A program made the translations under genes and the position numbers. 64,000 bases of DNA from an uncultured Eubacteriales bacterium (GTDB lineage: Bacteria > Bacillota > Clostridia > Christensenellales > Aristaeellaceae), in contig CACWXP010000027.1 of assembly GCA_902764875.1 (NCBI GenBank), positions 1,823 to 65,822 on the forward strand, written 5' to 3'. Numbering within the stretch: the first letter of the stretch is position 1; each line of letters starts with the position of its first letter. This document shows positions 45,126-52,687 of the stretch, in pieces. The notes below the pieces were generated by a model. The model had not been told where the DNA came from and searched no databases. It worked only from the letters and a program-made list of their open reading frames with translations.

Positions 45126-46368
45126 AGTTGAAGAAAGAGCGATCTTCCAGAACGCTGTGGATCGACGTCTTTCCGGTCTGCAGGAGAATCCTTTCCTGGC
45201 TCAGCGAATCATGAGCGCTGAAAAGGGAGAAATCAAAGTGAAAAAGAAACTGACGCTGAGCATGGCTTTGGTAATTGTGCTGTTGCTTATCGCGGTAACG
45301 GCGCTCGCCGTTGCGCTGCTGTCGCCCAAAGAGATTGTGGAACAGGTAGCCGTGCCGATTGCGCAGAGCAATGACCAGGAGAATTATACCTATGAAGAAC
45401 TGGCGGATTTGATCCGAACACTGAACGAAAACGGGATTACGCTGGACGAAGGTTCTAAGATTGTGCAGGCTTTTCAAGCAGGACACGGCTACTGGGAAGG
45501 AGATACCATAAAGGAAATTTGCCGTGCAGCATTTGGTGAGGATTCATGGACACCGGAACAGAGTTACTGGTATGGAGAAATGATGGTTGCTGTCGGTGCT
45601 TGGGAACATAATGCCTATATACTGCCGAAAGAAGATGAATTGCAGGAAGAACAGGCACGAATCCTTGCTGTGCAGATTCTGAATAATACTTATCATGTGA
45701 ACTTGCCATCAGAAAGTAACGAATCTTGGACAGTCACAGCTGCTCTTGGATTCCTTTGTGATGAGGATTCAGTAACAGGTATACCGTCGTGGTTTATTAA
45801 CTTCATTCCAAATTCCGATGATGATGAACTGCAAGGCTACACTGTAACCTTCGACTTGCATGGAGAGAACGCGCAACCGGATCATCTTGTAGTAATAAAC
45901 AAAAAACCGGATGAGACCACCGTAGAAAAGTATAATGAAATACAGGCTGATTTTGAAAAGGAAAAACAGGTAGTATCTGAATATGGTGAAGTAATGCACT
46001 TCTGGCCGGATGAAGTTAAAGTAGAAGTATATGGTGGACTATATGGCTTACCCTATGCAATACCGGAACCGGAAGAATATGCTGTTGCACTGGAAGATGC
46101 GAAAAGATTTATCGCCGAAAAATATGGGGCAGACGCATTGGAAAAATTGGGCGACTATAAGGTTGGATATCTCTTCCAGAAGTTGGATGATGAAGAAGAT
46201 ATTGAAACAAAAGCGACGCAGCTAATGTGGGATATTATGTTCACAACAGATCCGAAATTCCTGTCAGACGGCTACAGGGTACAATTCCAGAGAGTCATTG
46301 ACCATGAGACCGGCGAGGAGAACATTGTTGATGTGATTGTTGAACATGCTCATTTGGGAAGCGGGTAA
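45118..46368 (+). CDS. Single-pass membrane protein, probable cognate anti-sigma factor (...HAHLGSG)
   Basis: 8-nt overlap with the sigma gene. Cytoplasmic N-terminus, then TM LTLSMALVIVLLLIAVTALAVALL, then a large extracytoplasmic domain. Same architecture as 48799-49803. Confidence 0.6.
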   Translation: MREVEERAIFQNAVDRRLSGLQENPFLAQRIMSAEKGEIKVKKKLTLSMALVIVLLLIAVTALAVALLSPKEIVEQVAVPIAQSNDQENYTYEELADLIRTLNENGITLDEGSKIVQAFQAGHGYWEGDTIKEICRAAFGEDSWTPEQSYWYGEMMVAVGAWEHNAYILPKEDELQEEQARILAVQILNNTYHVNLPSESNESWTVTAALGFLCDEDSVTGIPSWFINFIPNSDDDELQGYTVTFDLHGENAQPDHLVVINKKPDETTVEKYNEIQADFEKEKQVVSEYGEVMHFWPDEVKVEVYGGLYGLPYAIPEPEEYAVALEDAKRFIAEKYGADALEKLGDYKVGYLFQKLDDEEDIETKATQLMWDIMFTTDPKFLSDGYRVQFQRVIDHETGEENIVDVIVEHAHLGSG

Positions 46369-46419
46369 GACAACAGGTATACATTGTGAAAGAAATATTC
46401 GTCTTGTATCGTCTATATT

Positions 46420-46878
46420 ATGGGAGGTGTGATTTTGAAAAGATTGTTGCTGCTTCTCACTACGCTCATTATGATCCTTTCTGCGTCAATTGTCTTTGCG
46501 GAGGAAGATTCGGATGCGGTAATCAATGAATGGGAAGAAAAATATGGCGATCAGCGGCTGTGGGATTACCAGGTAAATGCTGCATTTGCTGAGCAGGAAT
46601 CCTGGCGATATGCCTGGAACCCATCGATGCGTCCTATGCTGCCTGATCAGGATGCTATCTCTGCCGAAGAGGCAGAAAATCTGGCAATTCAGTTTATTCC
46701 GCAGTACGGTAGTGAGATTAATGCCGAAAGATTGGAATCCCTGACCTGCGTTGTTTCCAGCTATCGTAAGCCGGAAAATGACACCGGTTCCTATTGGTCG
46801 ACAAACGGAACCTGGGTAATTGACTTCTGGGAAGAATTCCCAGTGCTTTATTGCTTCCGTCTGGAGCACATTATGTAG
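46420..46878 (+). CDS. Secreted hypothetical protein (possibly frameshifted at 3' end)
   Basis: Signal peptide LKRLLLLLTTLIMILSASIVFA. PepSY-like DQDAISAEEAENLAIQFIPQYG. An alternative frame after about 46840 continues to 46922 (...GAHYVGAPDNAKVVTGTEG*). Confidence 0.4.
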   Translation: MGGVILKRLLLLLTTLIMILSASIVFAEEDSDAVINEWEEKYGDQRLWDYQVNAAFAEQESWRYAWNPSMRPMLPDQDAISAEEAENLAIQFIPQYGSEINAERLESLTCVVSSYRKPENDTGSYWSTNGTWVIDFWEEFPVLYCFRLEHIM

Positions 46879-46950
46879 GTGCCCCGGACAATGCGAAAGT
46901 GGTTACCGGTACAGAAGGTTAAGGAGCTTCTGGAATCGGTTGACCATCTG

Positions 46951-46985
46951 GCTCTGTAGAGATTATACTCGGCAGAGCTTTTTTC
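46951..46985 (+). terminator. Probable terminator
   Basis: GCTCTG-16 nt-CAGAGC followed by TTTTTTCC. Confidence 0.5.
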
Positions 46986-47046
46986 CTTTTTGTTGAGCTC
47001 TGTAACGTTTTTTGATCTATTGAAACTAACTGTATGGAAGGAGGTG

Positions 47047-47541
47047 ATGAAGGTGCTGGACCCTGAAGCTGTATATCAGCAATACAGAGATATGGTATAC
47101 GGATACCTTTTCAAGCTGTGCCAGAATCATGATCTTGCGGAAGAGCTCACGCAGGAGACATTCTTTCAGGCGCTGAAACGTTGGAACAAATTTCAGGGGA
47201 AAAGCGATATCGGAACCTGGCTATGTTCTATCGCCAGAAATCAGTATTATCTGCTTTTCAGGAAATCCAAGGAAGAGCCTGTTGCGATCATAGATCAGGA
47301 ACCGGAGCCGGATTTTTCAGAAACGATCATTCATCGCGGCTTAGAAATAGACGCATATAAGGCCCTTCATCATTTGCCAGAGCCATACAGGGAAGTCTTT
47401 ACACTTCGAATCTTCAGCGATCTGAATTACCGTGAGATTGCTGAAGTCTTCGGGAAATCAGAGAGCTGGGCACGGGTGACCTGTTACAGAGCAAAGCGCA
47501 TGCTTCAGGATGCATTGAAAGGAGCAAACAGCCATGAATAA
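47047..47541 (+). CDS. ECF-type sigma-70 family sigma factor (pair 3)
   Basis: Region 2 (VYGYLFKLCQNHDLAEELTQETFFQAL...IGTWLCSIARNQ) and region 4 (REVFTLRIFSDLNYREIAEVFGKSESWARVTCYRAKRML). Start is ATG 47047 or GTG 47053 after GGAGG. Confidence 0.9.
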   Translation: MKVLDPEAVYQQYRDMVYGYLFKLCQNHDLAEELTQETFFQALKRWNKFQGKSDIGTWLCSIARNQYYLLFRKSKEEPVAIIDQEPEPDFSETIIHRGLEIDAYKALHHLPEPYREVFTLRIFSDLNYREIAEVFGKSESWARVTCYRAKRMLQDALKGANSHE

Positions 47542-48472
47542 AGAATGTGGTATTGTCCGGGATCTTATGCCACTCGTCATTGATGATGTTGCCGGTATCG
47601 AGAGCAAGGAATATGTAGAAAACCACCTGACCGGATGTGAGGAATGCAAAAAGATATATCAGGAAATGAACGCAGAGATCCCTGGAAAGACGGAGAAAGA
47701 AAAAGGTAATGAACAAAAAGCATTCTCAGCTGCCGCAGGAAAGCTGAAAAAGAAACGCCGTTTTCGCACGTTGAAACATGTTCTTCTCGGGATCTTGATT
47801 GCCAGTATTGTCTTTGGAGCCGGTCTCTTTGGATACGGAAAACTGGCTCAGGTCAGGGAACACGTTTACTACGGCTTCTATAAAGTCTATCTGTCTGAAC
47901 TGGACAATAACAAAGTGGTTTTCACTATGGATTACAGGGGCAGCTATGACGATCTAAGTACAATGGTAAAGGAAGTCAGCGAAACTGATCCTAAGACAGG
48001 AGAAAAAAAGCTGATCATGTATGTTTATCTGGAAAAGTACAGGATTCCGAGGAAAATGCAGGAACCCAATCAGAATCAGTACTTCCAGGTTTTGACAGCT
48101 GAGAATATGGCAGAATACAGCGAAATACGTCTGGGTGTTCCTGAAGAGTATCAGACGATCTGGGTTCAGGGACAGCAGATTACAAAGGCGTCTGTACAAA
48201 TGAACGAGTATTTCTTCTGGTCTGATATTGAAGAAAAAATGTGGGATTTTACCCGCGAGAGTACAGATGGAAAGGTCGCTTTTACTGATTTCAGGATAAG
48301 TAGCATTGAATTGATTGTTCATAATCAGATGTACGCTATCGCCTGCACTGTTCCGGAATGGCAGCCTTGGGTATCAGGACGGCAGATTGAACTGGCCGAT
48401 CAGGAAACCATCCTCTGGGCGCTTTCAGGTCTGAGAGAAGCTGGGATTCAGATTGATAAACCGAATCCGTAA
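47534..48472 (+). CDS. Anti-sigma factor, zf-HC2 type, membrane-bound
   Basis: CGIVRDLMPLVIDDVAGIESKEYVENHLTGCEECKKIY (H-x3-C-x2-C) and TM LGILIASIVFGAGLFGY. 8-nt overlap with its sigma gene. Confidence 0.8.
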   Translation: MNKECGIVRDLMPLVIDDVAGIESKEYVENHLTGCEECKKIYQEMNAEIPGKTEKEKGNEQKAFSAAAGKLKKKRRFRTLKHVLLGILIASIVFGAGLFGYGKLAQVREHVYYGFYKVYLSELDNNKVVFTMDYRGSYDDLSTMVKEVSETDPKTGEKKLIMYVYLEKYRIPRKMQEPNQNQYFQVLTAENMAEYSEIRLGVPEEYQTIWVQGQQITKASVQMNEYFFWSDIEEKMWDFTRESTDGKVAFTDFRISSIELIVHNQMYAIACTVPEWQPWVSGRQIELADQETILWALSGLREAGIQIDKPNP

Positions 48473-48514
48473 TCACTGCCAAATGATGAATAATGATTTC
48501 AAAGTCCTTTCCTG

Positions 48515-48541
48515 TGCCCGGTTCGCAAGCCGGGCATTTTG
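48515..48541 (+). terminator. Terminator after anti-sigma gene 47534-48472
   Basis: TGCCCGG-ttcgcaag-CCGGGCA followed by TTTT. Confidence 0.6.
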
Positions 48542-48745
48542 TCTTTACAAGAGAGCTCATGACCGAAATATGAGTAATGCGTTCAAGCGTTTCTTCCAAA
48601 CTGTCAGGGCCCTTGACAGTTTCCATGGCGACCTCACCACCTTTCACTCATTAGACGATTTTTAATCTGAAAATGCAATATGCTGGGTTTTACAAAAAAA
48701 GAGTCGAAATCGATGCGGCTCGTATCATATCCAGCGGTAGGGATC

Positions 48746-48775
48746 AAAAAGGAGCGTTGTGAAGCACAGCGCTCC
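48746..48775 (-). terminator. Terminator after minus-strand gene 48799-49803
   Basis: Minus strand: an 11-bp stem (GGAGCGCTGTG/CACAACGCTCC, one G-U pair) with a 3-nt loop, followed by TTTTT. Confidence 0.65.
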
Positions 48776-48798
48776 GGGAAACTCTATCAGTGTTTACT

Positions 48799-49803
48799 TC
48801 AATCCGGGGTAAACATTTTCTGTAAAGTCTCAATGTCCAGACAAGGTGAGGAAACATCAATGTTCTCCCAGGTGGATACTGTAGGTTCAATTGATACGGG
48901 CAGGTCGGCATACATGGGGTCCATGATGCATTCAATGGGATGGCTCAGGCGTCTCCGCATGGCAAGACTGTTAATTGCCGGATCATTGGAATCAACAATT
49001 GCAAGTGCATCATCGATACCCGGGACAGTAATCACAGAGGCGCTCTGCCCATCAATCAAATCAAAAGTTCGTTCATCAGCTTCTGGATCATCGATCAGCA
49101 TTGAACTTACAAGAACATAATGCTTATTATCTCCGGATTCTTTGAAGCTGATGAAATACCATACAACCACAGAATCGGAATCGTCAATTTTATACCGTTT
49201 CAGTGTAATCGCGCCTTCCTGACGTTCTTCGACCAGCTTGTATTCCCCGTCTGCTTTGCAGGAAATCGATACCTTGGCCTCCTGAAACTCGTATCCATCC
49301 GGAATCCAGGTGGGCAGTGTCAGTTCGGACGAATGAACCATATACTCCCGGAATTCATCCCATGAGTTGAATGTTTTTTGTATTGGTCTGGCTCCGCCCA
49401 TTGTACCTCCAGCTGTTTCATAGGAAACCACCCCATATTCATCTTCAGCGACAGAATTTTGCAGAAGTTCATCTGCCATCCGGCTGAGGTCTTCATCGCT
49501 CAATATCTGTGCATCCAGTGGCGGCACTACTGTAGCTTCGGGCCCAATCGGCACTTCGGTTTCCTCAACCGTTTCGCCTTTCCAGTTAATGCTGATTCGA
49601 TGATATACTTCCGTTGCGGCATATGCGACTGCTGCAAGCACAAGCAGAAGCGCAATAACGCCTATAAAGCTAATTGACAGTTTCTTTTTCATAACGGTGC
49701 CTCCCTGATTCACCTGCTGTCGAACAGCTTTGCTGTTCCGGACAGACCAGGTAATATTTGAAAGTTCGGCATCCAATCGACTTTTCAGATCATTTTCATC
49801 CAT
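48799..49803 (-). CDS. Single-pass membrane protein, probable cognate anti-sigma factor
   Basis: Start ATG 49803 (MDENDLKSRLDAELS...) overlaps the sigma stop by 8 nt. TM ISFIGVIALLLVLAAVAYA, then an extracytoplasmic domain. Same architecture as 45118-46368. Confidence 0.6.
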   Translation of the reverse strand: MDENDLKSRLDAELSNITWSVRNSKAVRQQVNQGGTVMKKKLSISFIGVIALLLVLAAVAYAATEVYHRISINWKGETVEETEVPIGPEATVVPPLDAQILSDEDLSRMADELLQNSVAEDEYGVVSYETAGGTMGGARPIQKTFNSWDEFREYMVHSSELTLPTWIPDGYEFQEAKVSISCKADGEYKLVEERQEGAITLKRYKIDDSDSVVVWYFISFKESGDNKHYVLVSSMLIDDPEADERTFDLIDGQSASVITVPGIDDALAIVDSNDPAINSLAMRRRLSHPIECIMDPMYADLPVSIEPTVSTWENIDVSSPCLDIETLQKMFTPD

Positions 49804-50299
49804 CGTAATACCACCCTTCCAGTTTCTTTCGAAGAAGCTGGTTTGCCTTTCGAATCTGTCGTTTGGCGGTTGCAACAGAGACACCGGCTGTTTCTGCGGT
49901 TTCCTGAACGGTGAATCCTTCATAATATCGAAGAAGGATTACCATCCGCAGTTTGGCAGGCAGGGAGCTGATTGCTCCGGAGACTTCACCGTCCGGGAAG
50001 TGAACTTCCTGCGCTTTTTCCGGAAGGTTTTCAGGAGTAATTCGTCGGTCCATATGCCGAAACCATCCCGTACGCTGATAATCACGGCACGTATTTACGG
50101 CAATTCGTATCAGCCACGTTTTTTTACTGCTTTCATTTCTGAATGTATCCAGTGCTTTCCAGGCCTTGATAAAGGTGTCCTGTGCGGCATCTTCCGCCTG
50201 GAAAGGATCCTTAAGCTGCAGCGTACAAAAACGCATGATTTCATCGCCGTAGTGATTCATGAGGTACTCCAGTTCTTCCTGATGTTCGGTGTCCGTCAT
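49796..50299 (-). CDS. ECF-type sigma-70 family sigma factor (pair 4)
   Basis: Region 2 (IMRFCTLQLKDPFQAEDAAQDTFIKAW...KKTWLIRIAVNTCRD) and region 4 (RMVILLRYYEGFTVQETAETAGVSVATAKRQIRKANQLL). Confidence 0.9.
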   Translation of the reverse strand: MTDTEHQEELEYLMNHYGDEIMRFCTLQLKDPFQAEDAAQDTFIKAWKALDTFRNESSKKTWLIRIAVNTCRDYQRTGWFRHMDRRITPENLPEKAQEVHFPDGEVSGAISSLPAKLRMVILLRYYEGFTVQETAETAGVSVATAKRQIRKANQLLRKKLEGWYYDG

Positions 50300-50524
50300 G
50301 CAGCCTTGCCTCCTTTCACTTTAATAGACGGATATTCCGTATATAGTGGCTCATTATAATGTGGAAGCCTGAAAGATTATTGTTTCAACAATTTGAAAAC
50401 ACACCGGCGATTATGCCGGTGATACACAATTATCAGGAATGCCCTTTGAGGCAAGAAATTCTGGTGTCAAGTCATAGGAGGAGGTTATGTCATATATCTT
50501 GCCCTCAAAAGACCAACTGGATTT

Positions 50525-51247
50525 TCATTGCTTAAGATAATCTACCTGGAAACCATAAAACTCAAGCTTCTGGATTATTTCATCATACGATTTTCTGCCC
50601 ATGTTCTTGATTTTCATCAAACTGGCCTTGTCCGGTATTCTCAGCAGATCGCGAATCATGTGAATTCCGCTGTCCTTCAATACATTGTAAGCTCTGATTT
50701 GGAGATCCATCTCCTCAATAGGCGAATAACTAAAATCAAGTGGTCTTCCATCGTACCATTCATCCGAGTTGATATAGTCCTTGTCAATCCAGGCGACTAC
50801 ATTATCGACTCTTGGCGCACATCGCCTGTCGGATTTGTAGAATCCCCAGTCATCCTTATACCTTTCGCCGCCATCAAAGAAGGCAATTTCATGTGTGAAG
50901 CTCCCATCGCCCTGGGCAATCTTAACTCCATAGTAGCCATCACTTAATGGTTCCCAGGTCTTGATTGGCATCCACATAACAGCTCTGTCCTTGAAATAAT
51001 ATGGCGGTGCCGGACGGCTTTTTGCAGCAACTTCTTCGGCCTCCTCTGCAGTAAGAAAAACATCCTTTTCAAACTCTAAATCGCCGTATACGTTATCAAC
51101 CCGAACAAAAAGCTGATTATCCTTTGCAAGAATGACTTCTTTTACTCGAATTGCACGCACCACATGATCACAGTCACTGCAAATCTGATATACATAATCG
51201 CCTGGTAAAACAGGCAAGGTCCCTTTTTCGATATGATAGTTCAGCAT
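50525..51247 (-). CDS. Protein with C-terminal RNA polymerase alpha-subunit CTD-like (HhH) domain and unknown N-terminal domain
   Basis: The last 65 aa or so, SPIEEMDLQIRAYNVLKDSGIHMIRDLLRIPDKASLMKIKNMGRKSYDEIIQKLEFYGF, align by eye with E. coli alpha-CTD [56 protein letters not shown]. The N-terminal 170 aa or so are unrecognised. Confidence 0.7.
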   Translation of the reverse strand: MLNYHIEKGTLPVLPGDYVYQICSDCDHVVRAIRVKEVILAKDNQLFVRVDNVYGDLEFEKDVFLTAEEAEEVAAKSRPAPPYYFKDRAVMWMPIKTWEPLSDGYYGVKIAQGDGSFTHEIAFFDGGERYKDDWGFYKSDRRCAPRVDNVVAWIDKDYINSDEWYDGRPLDFSYSPIEEMDLQIRAYNVLKDSGIHMIRDLLRIPDKASLMKIKNMGRKSYDEIIQKLEFYGFQVDYLKQ

Positions 51248-51268
51248 AATCTCTCTTCTCCTCGTAAG

Positions 51269-52150
51269 TTATGTTGTAGCTCCTGTTTCCTTCATGCAAT
51301 GAATGTGAGCAGCTTCAAGCGCTTCATTTGCAGATGTTCGAAGAATGATCTTCTTAACCAGAGTATCCAATTCAGAACCTTCGGTATAGTCTGCCGGCGC
51401 ATAATACCTGATCCGCTGATCCCGGAACATCTTCTGAACCTTTTCTTTCCGCCCCGTTTCAGGGTTATACACGCCAATTGAATGTCCGCCATTTACATTG
51501 ACAAGCTTCATGCAAGGAATGTCAGTGTCGCTGTCCCCGATATAAACCATATTTCTGAATGGAACACGGATCTGATCCGGCGGGAAATAATCATTGACCC
51601 CAGGATCATTTACATCCAGCGTCCCTTTTTCAATTCGGAACAGGAACTGGGTTTTGTTCGTGTAGTTAACCACCTGCGCCGGCCATTTAACCAATCCGCG
51701 CTCATTAAAGTAGAAAGAGCTGGCGTAGATTCTGTCAAAAGCGCCACTCTTGGCCATTTCGGTGCCCTCGATCATCTCCTGCAGACCGGAGGAGATGATG
51801 TAATGCTCCACGATCACACCGTTTTCTTTGCCATATTCGCGGATGCGGTCAAACCACTGCTCTACACCAGGGAATACTTTTACCTTCGCGCCGTAATCCA
51901 TCAATGCTTTCCGGTTCAGAACCAGATTGCCTTCAGCCTCAACGACCATCTTATACATGTAGGCCAGGTTGCCGTCCATTCCGTTCTCGTGAGCCAGACT
52001 GTCGGTTTCTTTCCAAAACTGCTCGACATCATACCCAACGCTTTGGATATAGCCCTGCGCCTGCATGTTGTCCGGAGTCAGGGTCTTGTCAAAATCATAG
52101 CAAATCGCCAGTACAGGCAGCGCTTCTTTTGTCTTCCGCTCGTAATCCAT
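51269..52150 (-). CDS. HAD-superfamily hydrolase
   Basis: Motif I ICYDFDKTLT (DxDxT). Motif IV YIGDSDTDIPCM. 293 aa with a large cap region. Confidence 0.75.
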   Translation of the reverse strand: MDYERKTKEALPVLAICYDFDKTLTPDNMQAQGYIQSVGYDVEQFWKETDSLAHENGMDGNLAYMYKMVVEAEGNLVLNRKALMDYGAKVKVFPGVEQWFDRIREYGKENGVIVEHYIISSGLQEMIEGTEMAKSGAFDRIYASSFYFNERGLVKWPAQVVNYTNKTQFLFRIEKGTLDVNDPGVNDYFPPDQIRVPFRNMVYIGDSDTDIPCMKLVNVNGGHSIGVYNPETGRKEKVQKMFRDQRIRYYAPADYTEGSELDTLVKKIILRTSANEALEAAHIHCMKETGATT

Positions 52151-52168
52151 TTTGTTATTCCTCCTGGC

Positions 52169-52681
52169 TTAATCAGCCGCGCTGATGCTGCCAATCTCCG
52201 TATAGATCATTCCGTTCTTGCCGCGATCTGAGCGGAACAAGGAGATGCTGTCAACAACCATCGAAACATCCGGGACATGGGTTTCCGGAACACCTTTGCT
52301 GTCATCCACGTTCCGGAAAAGCGTGATGTGCGGCATAAAGGCTTTTCTGTCGAAGGGAATGTCGGCCTTAGCAAGCTCATACCGCAGATGTTTGACCAAC
52401 TGCTGCAGCGGTTCCGATTCATGAACTCCTGCCCATAGAACGTTATTGTTGAAAAGGCCTATGTCGTTCAGCGTGATCGGAAACGCTGAGAACTCAACAT
52501 TCTCCATCACTTCCAGCACTTGATCCGGATCGGGATGCTCTCCGATGAAGGTCAGCGTCATGTGAAGATTCTCCTGAGGGGTCAGTGAACCGCGAATCCC
52601 GTGACGAGACAGGTAATCCTGTGTCTTGATCAGCGTCTTTCGGATCTCGTCATTCAGGCTGATCGCAATAAACAACCTCAT
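52169..52681 (-). CDS. thpR: 2H phosphoesterase, RNA 2',3'-cyclic phosphodiesterase ThpR/LigT-like
   Basis: 170 aa. MRLFIAISL start and two HxTx motifs (HMTLTF, HITLFR) at the expected spacing. Confidence 0.85.
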   Translation of the reverse strand: MRLFIAISLNDEIRKTLIKTQDYLSRHGIRGSLTPQENLHMTLTFIGEHPDPDQVLEVMENVEFSAFPITLNDIGLFNNNVLWAGVHESEPLQQLVKHLRYELAKADIPFDRKAFMPHITLFRNVDDSKGVPETHVPDVSMVVDSISLFRSDRGKNGMIYTEIGSISAAD

Positions 52682-52687
52682 AGCCGA

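Noticed and set aside
48598-48622. Palindrome AAACTGTCAGGG/CCCTTGACAGTTT in the convergent intergenic region.
   Set aside because: It is an isolated dyad with no adjacent promoter or gene start to regulate, and it lacks a T-run for a terminator. I cannot assign a function.
50443-50511. Inverted repeat CCTTTGAGGCAAG ... CTTGCCCTCAAAAG enclosing an AGGAGGAGG-ATG 17-codon ORF.
   Set aside because: It overlaps the 3' end of the alpha-CTD gene on the opposite strand. It is most simply a terminator-like structure between convergent units, and the micro-ORF is probably fortuitous.
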